From the NCBI RefSeq assembly GCF_000017305.1, contig NC_009806.1, forward strand, positions 30,001 to 62,000: 32,000 nucleotides of DNA, written 5' to 3'. Shown here piece after piece: positions 6,798 through 13,695 of the stretch (positions are counted from its first letter, which is position 1; every line of letters starts with the position of its first letter). The translations under genes were made by a program, and so were the position numbers. The notes beneath the pieces are model-generated. The model saw only the letters and a list, made by a program, of their open reading frames with translations. It was not told where the DNA came from and did no database searches. This DNA comes from Kineococcus radiotolerans SRS30216 = ATCC BAA-149 (GTDB taxonomy: Bacteria > Actinomycetota > Actinomycetes > Actinomycetales > Kineococcaceae).

Positions 6798-7310
6798 TCA
6801 GCCCTCCAGGAAGGCCCGTACGGCGCTGCGCACCTCCCCCATGACCTCAGGCAGCGTCTCGGCGGTGGTCTCGCGGATCATCACTACCGGGGCGCGGTCA
6901 TCCAGTGCCGGCTGGCTGCTACGCAGGAAGCTGGCCGCCACCGCGGCGCTGTAGTGGGTCGTGATGGCCCCGACGACCTCCGCCAGGGCGGTCACGCGAT
7001 CACGCGCCATCTCCTGGCGCGGCTCCGCGCCCTTGCGCCAGCCGGCGAGCTGGCGGGCGTCTTGCAGGCCGGCGCCGGCGGCGGTCAGGCGCGGGCCCAC
7101 GGTCGTGAGCAGGGACTCCACCAGCTCGGCGAAGGTGCGCTTCTGAGCGGTCGCCGCGGCCCGCTGCACGGTCTCACTCGGCGTGCCGGGCACGACGGTG
7201 ATCAAGTCGGCTGCGTCCTGGACTGCATCTTGGACTGCATCCTGGGTCTTGCTGCTCACGGCTGTTCCTCCTCGGGCCCGGTGGTCCAGTGGAGCGGGGA
7301 GCTCAGACAT
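6798..7310 (-). CDS. Xre-like/DUF2384-type antitoxin candidate (MbcA/ParS-like)
   Basis: The C-terminus AASFLRSSQPALDDRAPVVMIRETTAETLPEVMGEVRSAVRAFLEG fits the DUF2384 toxin-binding pattern (..pnpaL.g..P..l......v...l..i..G). It is preceded by an HTH-like segment, GLQDARQLAGWRKGAEP. Confidence 0.55.
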   Translation of the reverse strand: MSELPAPLDHRARGGTAVSSKTQDAVQDAVQDAADLITVVPGTPSETVQRAAATAQKRTFAELVESLLTTVGPRLTAAGAGLQDARQLAGWRKGAEPRQEMARDRVTALAEVVGAITTHYSAAVAASFLRSSQPALDDRAPVVMIRETTAETLPEVMGEVRSAVRAFLEG

Positions 7311-7317
7311 CCATCAA

Positions 7318-7328
7318 CCCCCCCCCCC
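7318..7328 (-). repeat. Homopolymeric G11 tract (C11 on plus strand), 7 nt upstream of the antitoxin start codon
   Basis: Read directly. The sense strand is GGGGGGGGGGG-TTGATGG-ATG. Confidence 0.95.
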
Positions 7329-7752
7329 ACGGGTCCACCTGAAGCTCCTGCTGCCCTCATGTCACTCTGTTGCGCCACGCGACGCTATATAGCCGAGTGC
7401 TTACTGTGGTGCTCGTTGCGTCACTCTTGCATGTCTATCGCGATTTGTGCAGCCCGGGAGCCCTGGTGGTCCACCTCGCGTCATGGTGAGCAATCGGCTT
7501 GGATCGGGATGCGACCGGGCCTCCTGCAGCTCCTCAGCGCGGGTGGGGCGCAAGCAGGGCTCAGCAGGACGCAGGCATCGCGTTCTGGCGGGACTCGCTA
7601 GTGCTCTCATGTTGCCGAGGTGGCATCCGCTGCAGGCTGGACAACTCGCTTAACGCCCGACCGCCGCCCGTATCGGGGCGTACTCGGGACATGCAGGAGC
7701 ACGATGAGGTCGTTCGACTACGACCTCACCTAGCCAAATATTTCAGCTTCCA

Positions 7753-7762
7753 CTGACGTCAG
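7753..7762. promoter_or_regulatory. 10-bp perfect palindrome ctgacgtcag in the arsR-1 promoter region (possible operator)
   Basis: The palindrome lies 23 nt upstream of ATG 7785. A TANNNT-type -10 (tagcgt, 7772-7777) ends 7 nt before the ATG and there is no SD. This is consistent with a leaderless transcript. Confidence 0.3.
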
Positions 7763-7784
7763 CCTGTGATGTAGCGTTACGGAC

Positions 7785-8117
7785 ATGGAGACGCTGAGCC
7801 ACATCGGGGTGCTGGCCCGCTTCGGTCACGCCCTGTCCGACCCGACCCGGGCCCGGGTGCTCATCGCGCTGCGTGAGGCCGGGGCGTACCCCACCGAACT
7901 GGCCGAACAGCTCGGCGTCTCGCGCACCAGCTTGTCCAACCACCTGGCCTGCCTGCGCGGCTGCGGCCTGGTCGTGGCCGTGCCCGAAGGCAAACGGATG
8001 CGTTACGAGCTGGCCGACGGCGGCCTGCGCAAGGCGCTGGAAGACCTGCTGAGCACGGTGCTGACGGTGGACCCCGCAGCCTGCGACGCGTCTCGCGCCG
8101 GTGAGGACTGCTGCTGA
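7785..8117 (+). CDS. ArsR/SmtB-family metalloregulator, CmtR-like (Cys-based site)
   Basis: Motifs: LARFGHALSDPTRARVLIAL and SNHLACLRGCGLVV. The latter matches the CmtR CLRGC motif, which carries the Cys57/Cys61 equivalents. The tail is Cys-rich (AACDASRAGEDCC). Confidence 0.9.
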   Translation: METLSHIGVLARFGHALSDPTRARVLIALREAGAYPTELAEQLGVSRTSLSNHLACLRGCGLVVAVPEGKRMRYELADGGLRKALEDLLSTVLTVDPAACDASRAGEDCC

Positions 8118-9103
8118 TGGACACCACCCACACTCCTCACTCCGCCCACCCCACCGGCCATGGCAGCGCGCGCACCACTGTTCACGGCGCGGCCCGCTCC
8201 GCCCTGAGTGCAGAGCGCCGTGACGTACTGACCCGACGGGTGCGGATGTTCGTGGCCGCGACCATCACCTACAACGTCATCGAGGCCGTCGTGGCGCTCA
8301 GCGCCGGCGCCAAGGCCGGCTCGACCGCGCTCATCGGCTTCGGGCTGGACTCGGTCATCGAGGTCTCCTCCGCGGCCGCCGTGGCGTGGCAGTTCTCTGC
8401 TTCTGACCACGCCGTCCGGGAGGCGCGAGAACACCGGACGCTGCGCATCATCGCAATCTCCTTCTTCACGCTGGCCGCCTACGTCAGCGTCGAGTCCGTG
8501 CGTGCACTGCTCGGGGACGGGGAGGCCGAGCAGTCTTCCGTCGGGCTGGTGCTAGCGGCGTTGAGCTTGATGATCATGCCGCTGCTGTCGGCCGCCCAGC
8601 GCCGCGCGGGGCGTGAGCTGGGCTCGGCCAGTGCGGTGGCCGACTCCAAGCAGACCCTGCTGTGCACCTACCTCTCGGCGGTCCTGCTGGTCGGTCTGGG
8701 TCTGAACGCAGCTCTTGGCTGGTCCTGGGCGGACCCGATCGCTGGTCTGATCATCGCGGTCATCGCGGTCAAGGAGGGTTTGGAGGCTTGGCGGGGGGAG
8801 GGCTGTTGCACCCCAGGCGCTACCCTGCACACCCAAAACCTCAGTCATGACGGCGGTGCTGGTGATCCGGGCGGCTGCACCGACGGCTGCTGCACTCCTG
8901 CAGCGACGACGCCCGCCGCGATGTCGCCGGCGATGTCACTGACTGCAACTCAACCCGCCTCGGCTGAGAGGGTAAAACTGACGATTAGCACCAAACCGAC
9001 ACCGTCGTCTGCATCACCGGCGCCTACATCACCGGCCGCGTCCACTGCAGCGCCAACCGGGGACGATGGCTGCTCCGACGGCTGTTGCCCACCTCTTCGC
9101 TAA
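8117..9103 (+). CDS. CDF-like cation transporter (TM domain only) with extended Cys-rich C-terminal tail
   Basis: Motifs: TITYNVIEAVVALSAG, GFGLDSVIEVSSA, ADSKQTLLCTYLS, WADPIAGL. The tail carries GEGCC, GCTDGCC and GCSDGCC. The start overlaps the arsR-1 stop (TGATG). Confidence 0.8.
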   Translation: MDTTHTPHSAHPTGHGSARTTVHGAARSALSAERRDVLTRRVRMFVAATITYNVIEAVVALSAGAKAGSTALIGFGLDSVIEVSSAAAVAWQFSASDHAVREAREHRTLRIIAISFFTLAAYVSVESVRALLGDGEAEQSSVGLVLAALSLMIMPLLSAAQRRAGRELGSASAVADSKQTLLCTYLSAVLLVGLGLNAALGWSWADPIAGLIIAVIAVKEGLEAWRGEGCCTPGATLHTQNLSHDGGAGDPGGCTDGCCTPAATTPAAMSPAMSLTATQPASAERVKLTISTKPTPSSASPAPTSPAASTAAPTGDDGCSDGCCPPLR

Positions 9104-9146
9104 GGTCTCGGCACGACCCAGCTACTGACTTGAAGGTGTAGGAATA

Positions 9147-9587
9147 ATGTCGATCTTGAAGACCACGAACGCCTCCGCATCCTCGGCAGCGTCGAGCACG
9201 CACCGCTTTCGAGGGCTGGCGGCAGGGGTGCTGATCGGTGCAACGTTCACCCTGACTGGCACCACCGCTGCCTACGGTTCGAGCGCAAGCAGTGGCGCCT
9301 TCAGTCAGAGTCCCGCTCAGACATCCGCGGACGAACGGGCCGCTCAGGTCCTCCAAGACACGTCACTGAGCGCTGACGCCGGCGCTGTCGTGGCGGCGGG
9401 AATTGCCGCCGCAACCAGCGCAGAAGGTACCGCGGAAGCAGCCGAAGAGAGTGCACTGGAAGATCATCTGGCGGCAGCTGGTGTTCCGATCGGCACGCAA
9501 TACCTCGTCGTTGCAGCAGTCGTCGTTCTCGGCTCGGCTGTCGTAGCTATCCGACTCAGGACCCGTCGCCCGAAGGCGAGTTCGTGA
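9147..9587 (+). CDS. Hypothetical secreted/C-terminally anchored Ala/Ser-rich protein
   Basis: It has an N-terminal signal-like segment (RFRGLAAGVLIGATFTLTGTTAAYG) and a C-terminal TM plus basic stop-transfer (LVVAAVVVLGSAVVAIRLRTRR). An SD-like AGGTGTAGGA lies upstream. Confidence 0.5.
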   Translation: MSILKTTNASASSAASSTHRFRGLAAGVLIGATFTLTGTTAAYGSSASSGAFSQSPAQTSADERAAQVLQDTSLSADAGAVVAAGIAAATSAEGTAEAAEESALEDHLAAAGVPIGTQYLVVAAVVVLGSAVVAIRLRTRRPKASS

Positions 9588-9623
9588 GCGAGGACGCAGC
9601 GAGGGCGCAGAGAAGCCGGTGAC

Positions 9624-9667
9624 GCTGCAGAGGGCGCTGCAGAGGGCGCTGCAGAGGGCGCTGCAGC
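9624..9667. repeat. 3.7 x 12-nt perfect tandem repeat (gctgcagagggc)
   Basis: Units at 9624-9635, 9636-9647 and 9648-9659, plus a partial unit at 9660-9667. Each unit carries the palindrome CTGCAG. Confidence 0.9.
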
Positions 9668-9681
9668 CACATTCGGCACAA

Positions 9682-9701
9682 CACTTGTCATATGACAAGT
9701 G
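9682..9701. promoter_or_regulatory. Perfect 20-bp AT-rich palindrome cacttgtcat|atgacaagtg (operator-like)
   Basis: Read directly. It lies about 140 nt upstream of the riboswitch in otherwise GC-rich DNA. The core TTGTCATATGACAA resembles GntR-type GT..AC operators. No cognate regulator is in the window. Confidence 0.4.
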
Positions 9702-9842
9702 ATAGCGCCCCGCAGATCTGCTGTTCCTCGCGAAACACGGTAGAACGGCGAGAATCCTGGGTTACAGCTTAGTGACGCTGCGGCCTCGGGTGGGTTATGG
9801 TTCAGCCGCATCCACGACCGTGCGCGTGGACGCCCTCACGTG

Positions 9843-10021
9843 GACGCCGAGCCCTGCCACCACGTCGAGGTCCCCCGAGAACATTCATGGCAGGGGTGGG
9901 GGAACCACGTTTCCCGGGCGACGCCGGACCACCAGGTCCGGTCGAGCCCTTGGGGTGAAGCCGGTGCGAACCGGCCGGGCGATACTCCCGCCCGAACCCG
10001 ACAGCTCACCTCGCAGGCGTC
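9843..10021 (+). promoter_or_regulatory. ydaO/yuaA-class (c-di-AMP) riboswitch
   Basis: Three conserved ydaO strings were recognised. GGGGGAACCA corresponds to GGGGGACCCA. UGGGGUGAAGCC corresponds to UGGGGUGAAUC. CCCGCCCGAACCCGACAGCUCACCUCGCAGGCGUC corresponds to ACCCGAAUCCGACAGCUAACCUCGUAAGCGU. P1 pairs GACGCCGAG (9843-) with CUCG-CAG-GCGUC (-10021). P2 pairs CCUGCCA with UGGCAGG. Confidence 0.8.
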
Positions 10022-10036
10022 GGAGAGGCCACCACC

Positions 10037-10897
10037 TTGACGACTCGCGTCCAGGCGCGCCACCGCGCCTCCGCTCGTGTTCGCACCCCCCTGACCGACC
10101 TGTCCGACAGCGTCGCCCGCACCGCCGGCGGCGCCGCCCGCACCGGTGCCGTCGTCGCCGCCGCCGGCGGGCTCCTCGTCTCCGTCGCCCTCCCCGCGGG
10201 CGCCGCGACGAGCGCCGCCCCCGCCGCCGTCGGCTCCACCCTCGCCTCGGCGGCCACCGCAGTCCCCGCGGCCTTCGGCACCACCGCCGCCGGCGTCGTC
10301 TCCGCCCCGGCCACGGCGACGGTCCTCTCGACCACCGCCACCTTCGCCGCCGCCCCGGCCCCCGCGCCGGTCGTCGTGGCCCCCGTCGTCGCCGCCCCGG
10401 CCATCGAGCGGGCGACCCGCACCTCCGACGCCGTCCCGGTCGTGGCCTCCAGCGTCGCCGCGCCCGCCCTCGTGGTCGAGCCCGCCCCGGTGGTCGCGGC
10501 CGTCGTCGCGGCCCCCGCCCCCGCTCCGGCCCCCGCCCCGCTGGGTCAGCGCATCCTCGAGGTGGCCGACGACTACGCCGGCGTGCCCTACGTCTACGGC
10601 GGCACCACCCCCTCCGGGTTCGACTGCTCCGGCTTCACCAGCTACGTGTACCGGCAGTTCGGCGTGGACATCCCCCGCACCTCCGGCGCGCAGTATCAGG
10701 CCAGCACGAAGATCGACCGGGGTGCGGCGGTGCCAGGTGACCTGGTGTTCTTCTTCAGCTCCGGGCGGGTTTTCCACGTGGGCATCTACGCCGGAGGTAA
10801 TCAAATGTGGGACTCACCGAGGACCGGTAAGCCCGTTGCGCTGCGAACCATCTGGAGCGACGCGATCGGCTTCGGCCGCCTAGCGCCGACGGCTTGA
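10037..10897 (+). CDS. Secreted NlpC/P60 cell-wall peptidase with A/P/V-rich low-complexity region
   Basis: The C-terminal domain is YAGVPYVYGGTTPSGFDCSGFTSYVYRQFGVDIPRTSGAQY...GDLVFF...HVGIYAG, with the catalytic Cys and His. The start is TTG, with a GGAGAGG SD at 10022-10028. Confidence 0.9.
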   Translation: MTTRVQARHRASARVRTPLTDLSDSVARTAGGAARTGAVVAAAGGLLVSVALPAGAATSAAPAAVGSTLASAATAVPAAFGTTAAGVVSAPATATVLSTTATFAAAPAPAPVVVAPVVAAPAIERATRTSDAVPVVASSVAAPALVVEPAPVVAAVVAAPAPAPAPAPLGQRILEVADDYAGVPYVYGGTTPSGFDCSGFTSYVYRQFGVDIPRTSGAQYQASTKIDRGAAVPGDLVFFFSSGRVFHVGIYAGGNQMWDSPRTGKPVALRTIWSDAIGFGRLAPTA

Positions 10898-10905
10898 GAG
10901 CTTCG

Positions 10906-10947
10906 AGTCGCTGGACCCGAAGGGGTCACTCTTCGCGTCCAGCGACT
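10906..10947. terminator. Bidirectional terminator-like hairpin between convergent NlpC/P60 and mprF-like genes
   Basis: 11-bp arms: agtcgctggac (10906-10916) and gtccagcgact (10937-10947). A nested gaccc-gaag-gggtc hairpin sits inside. Confidence 0.5.
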
Positions 10948-11045
10948 TGATCCCCTCCTGGTGGGCAAGGCCGCAGCACCTGCGATTCATCACGCTGCCT
11001 GCTAGGCACTCGGCTAGGTGCACGTCCTGATCACCAGGACCCTTT

Positions 11046-12086
11046 TCAGCTGTGGACGACCCCGCGGATCCCGCCCCCGACCAGCGTCGCCACGTCCACC
11101 ATGGCGTTGGGCAGGGCCAGCTCCCCGGGCGCGGCCACGTAGCAGGTCCGCCACTCGGGGCTGAAACCCTGCTTGAACGTGCGCAGGCCCTGGAAGTTGT
11201 AGAACTGCTCGCCGTGGGTCCACAGCAGGTGCCCGAGGCGGTTCCACAGGGAGGGGCCGGTCCCCGTGCGCAGCCCCGACAGGGGCGCCATCCCCAGGTT
11301 GAACGACGTGAAGCCGTTCTCCCCGGCCCACAGGATGCACTCGACGAACAGGTAGGTCATCACGGTGCGCGGCCCGTCGGGCAGGCGCCGCATCAGGTCG
11401 ACCTGCACCTCGTGCCCGTCGCCTCCGACCCACAGGGTGGCGAAGGCGATGATCCGGCCCTCCTGGCGCACCACGACCAGCGGGAAGCGGGAGACGTAGT
11501 CCTCGTCGAAGGCCCCCAGGGAGAACCGCTTCTCCTTGCCGTTGCGGTGGGTGAGCCAGGCGTCGGAGACCTCGCGCAGGGCGGGCAGCAGCGGCGCGAC
11601 GTCCTCGGGCGCGACGAAGTCGACGCTCAGGCCCAGGCGCTGGGACTTGTTGCGGCAGTTGCGGAGGTTCACCTTGGACTTGCCGGCGAGGGTGAACCCC
11701 TCGAGCGGGACGACGGCCTCCTCCCCGAGCTTGGCCAGGGTCAGCCCGCACGCGCGGTACAGGTCGGCGTGGTCGGGGAGCACGTTGTAGAAGACGGGCC
11801 GGCCGCCGTGGCGGTCGATCTCCCCGACGAAGCTGCGGACCAGTTCCGGGAAGTCCGCCGGGTCCCCGACCGGGTCACCCATGACCACCCAGCTGCGTCC
11901 CTCGACCTGGTACATGAGGAAGGCCGCGCCGCTGGGGCTGAAGTGGAACCGCTTGTCGCCGGTGAAGGCGAGGTGCGCCGTGCAGCGCCGCGAACGGGCG
12001 ACGACGGCGCTGACCCGGGCCATCACCTGCTCGCACGCGACCTGCGGCCCGAGGGCCGCGGAGGCGAGGATCCGGTCACCGAGCAC
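11046..12086 (-). CDS. Stand-alone MprF C-terminal (DUF2156, phosphatidylglycerol lysyltransferase-type) domain protein
   Basis: Motifs: HLAFTGDKRFHFSPSGAAFLMYQVEGRSWVVMGDPVG, KSKVNLRNCRNK, WLTHRNGKEKRFSLGAFD, VDLMRR, FNLGMAPLSGL, EQFYNFQGLRTFKQGFSPEW. No flippase TM domain lies upstream. Confidence 0.85.
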   Translation of the reverse strand: MLGDRILASAALGPQVACEQVMARVSAVVARSRRCTAHLAFTGDKRFHFSPSGAAFLMYQVEGRSWVVMGDPVGDPADFPELVRSFVGEIDRHGGRPVFYNVLPDHADLYRACGLTLAKLGEEAVVPLEGFTLAGKSKVNLRNCRNKSQRLGLSVDFVAPEDVAPLLPALREVSDAWLTHRNGKEKRFSLGAFDEDYVSRFPLVVVRQEGRIIAFATLWVGGDGHEVQVDLMRRLPDGPRTVMTYLFVECILWAGENGFTSFNLGMAPLSGLRTGTGPSLWNRLGHLLWTHGEQFYNFQGLRTFKQGFSPEWRTCYVAAPGELALPNAMVDVATLVGGGIRGVVHS

Positions 12087-12104
12087 CGAGCACCGAGCTC
12101 CGAG
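12077..12104. repeat. 4 x 7-nt tandem repeat (caccgag x3, ctccgag) spanning the mprF-like start codon
   Basis: Units at 12077-12083, 12084-12090, 12091-12097 and 12098-12104. On the sense strand the unit CTCGGTG carries a GTG. Confidence 0.85.
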
Positions 12105-12258
12105 AGCCGCGCCAGGGCGCTTGCACGAGAAGTGGCGGTCGTAGGGGCTCCTTCGGAGAGCGGTGACGGCCAGGCTGCGACCGTCACTGCAGGACGACGT
12201 CAGCCCAGCAGCTGCCGTTGATGAGACAGGGTGCCCTGGAATGGCGAATGGGATCGAG

Positions 12259-12759
12259 TCACTGCATGACGAACTGCGTGAGGTAGATGCCCATGACCGT
12301 CTTGGTGGCGGGGTCTCCCTCCTTGGCCGGCTCCTTGGTGTAAGCCTCGATGATCTTCTCCTGGAGCTCGTCCTGGTACTTCTGGCGAAGTTCCGGGTTG
12401 GAGAGGTCCGCCATGGGCTTGCCGGAGAACTCCTTGATCGTCAGGTCGAGAGCCTTGCTGCCGTCGGGGGCGCTGCTGCCCTCTCCTGCGCTCTCGTCGA
12501 GGACCGTCTGCAGGGCGATCCCCACCTTGAGGTAGTGCCCATCAGGCAGGTTGACGCTGATGGGGTCAAGCGCTACGACCTCGCCGGGCTCAAGGGCCTC
12601 TTCGACCGTCTCGGTGGCCGCCGCCGCGGGCTTGGTGAGCATGTATGTGCCACCGACACCGCCACCGAGCAGGAGCACCCCGGCGAGAGCGCCAACGATG
12701 ATCATCTTCTTTTTGCTCTTGCCCGGCGCGGTGTCGTCGGCGGTGCTCTTCGCGGCCAT
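12259..12759 (-). CDS. FliL-family single-pass membrane protein, paralog B
   Basis: Motifs: MAAKSTADD...KKKMIIVGALAGVLLLGG, LDPISVNLPDGHYLKVGIALQ, VMGIYLTQFVMQ. An AGGAGA SD is present. About two thirds or more of residues are identical to paralog A by eye. Confidence 0.85.
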   Translation of the reverse strand: MAAKSTADDTAPGKSKKKMIIVGALAGVLLLGGGVGGTYMLTKPAAAATETVEEALEPGEVVALDPISVNLPDGHYLKVGIALQTVLDESAGEGSSAPDGSKALDLTIKEFSGKPMADLSNPELRQKYQDELQEKIIEAYTKEPAKEGDPATKTVMGIYLTQFVMQ

Positions 12760-12897
12760 CTCACGTCTCCTATCGAGGTGCTCACCGTCTGCTTGCCTGA
12801 CGGCAAGGTGGTCTCCCTTTACATCGGCACGTCCAGACCCAGCTCAAGCGCCCATCGCGGGCTCGGGTGCACAAGCACCCATTCGGGTGAACGTCAC
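12760..12897 (-). promoter_or_regulatory. Conserved structured 5' leader of fliL-like gene B (second copy of the candidate RNA element)
   Basis: It carries the same two conserved blocks as 2751-2890 (12791-12813 and 12872-12892). The hairpin stems are preserved while the loops and spacer differ. Confidence 0.5.
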
Positions 12898-13695
12898 CTC
12901 CACGCTCTGGCGACAGCAGGCTTTCGCGACAGACGATTCCGGCCCACCGACCCATCGAGATCAGGATTGGGTCCTCGAGCGTCAGACACCACGGAGCGCA
13001 AGCCAAGCCGCGTCAAGCATCAAGATCGTGACCCACTCCTTCGGTCTACCCGATCATGATCGGCCTGCTCAGGAAGTCAGGTCAGGCTTCTCGACGTCAG
13101 GTGGTCTCACATCAGCCCGGCAGCACTGGGTTGCGGTGCCGCCCCGCCACTGGGTCGTAGACGGCGTCTTCGCCAGGACCAGCTGGATGCACCGTCTAGC
13201 CCGTGACCGCGAGCGGACGGCGTCCTCAGCGGTGGCGGCGATGCACAACGCCCCTGCAGGGATGCCGCGGCGCCTCACCTGCACTCTTCGCAAACGTCAC
13301 TGGGTGCCAGGGTGCGTCTGCACTTCGTTTGTTGCACTCGCACAACCGGGCTGAGACTGACCCAGGTCCGCAAGGTTTTCGACATTCACGACGTCGGCAC
13401 CGCCTACCGGCACCGGCACGCCGGCTCGATGCGCACCTGTCGGCTCTAGCCTGCTTGATCGCCCACCTGTAGCCGCTCGCGCGTCCTATGTCTCGCCTGC
13501 GGGATCGAGGCCGCCGCCAGCGACCTGACTGCTGTCTGTAGATGCCTCCAACACTAGTCTAAAAACATCGGACTTCGTCATCCTGGTGACCACCCGCATG
13601 TTCAAAGACTGCGCAAGTCCTGACTTCAGAATAGAAAGGTCGCGAGGGCAATCAGGTGCGCACGCAACTTCCACCGACTCTTGATGCCACAACTC

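Noticed and set aside
9624-9667. Possible CRISPR-like array (also considered for the other tandem repeats at 1001-1160, 2208-2246 and 22577-22648).
   Set aside because: The units are 7-18 nt and directly abut each other with no unique spacers. No cas genes are present. These are micro- or minisatellites, not CRISPR.
9772-10883. Several very long ORFs in other frames or strands over the NlpC/P60 gene (9772..10740 +, 9836..10804 -, 10146..10883 +, 10006..10422 -).
   Set aside because: Their products are Arg/Pro/Gly-rich low-complexity strings with no domain. They arise because the A/P/V-rich, >80% GC region lacks stop codons in all frames. Only the 10037..10897 frame ends in a recognisable NlpC/P60 domain and is served by the riboswitch and SD.
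12077-12104. Heptanucleotide repeat as an on/off phase-variation switch for the mprF-like gene.
   Set aside because: The usable GTG lies inside the repeat, and the reading frame is set by the last unit. Changing the number of upstream units does not shift the downstream frame. A frame-shifting switch is not supported, though an effect on RBS or start choice remains possible.
13486-13692. 68-aa ORF directly downstream of tgpA.
   Set aside because: It has a TTG start, no SD and no recognisable motif, and it lies in low-GC, apparently non-coding DNA. It is kept only as something for Ribo-seq to test.
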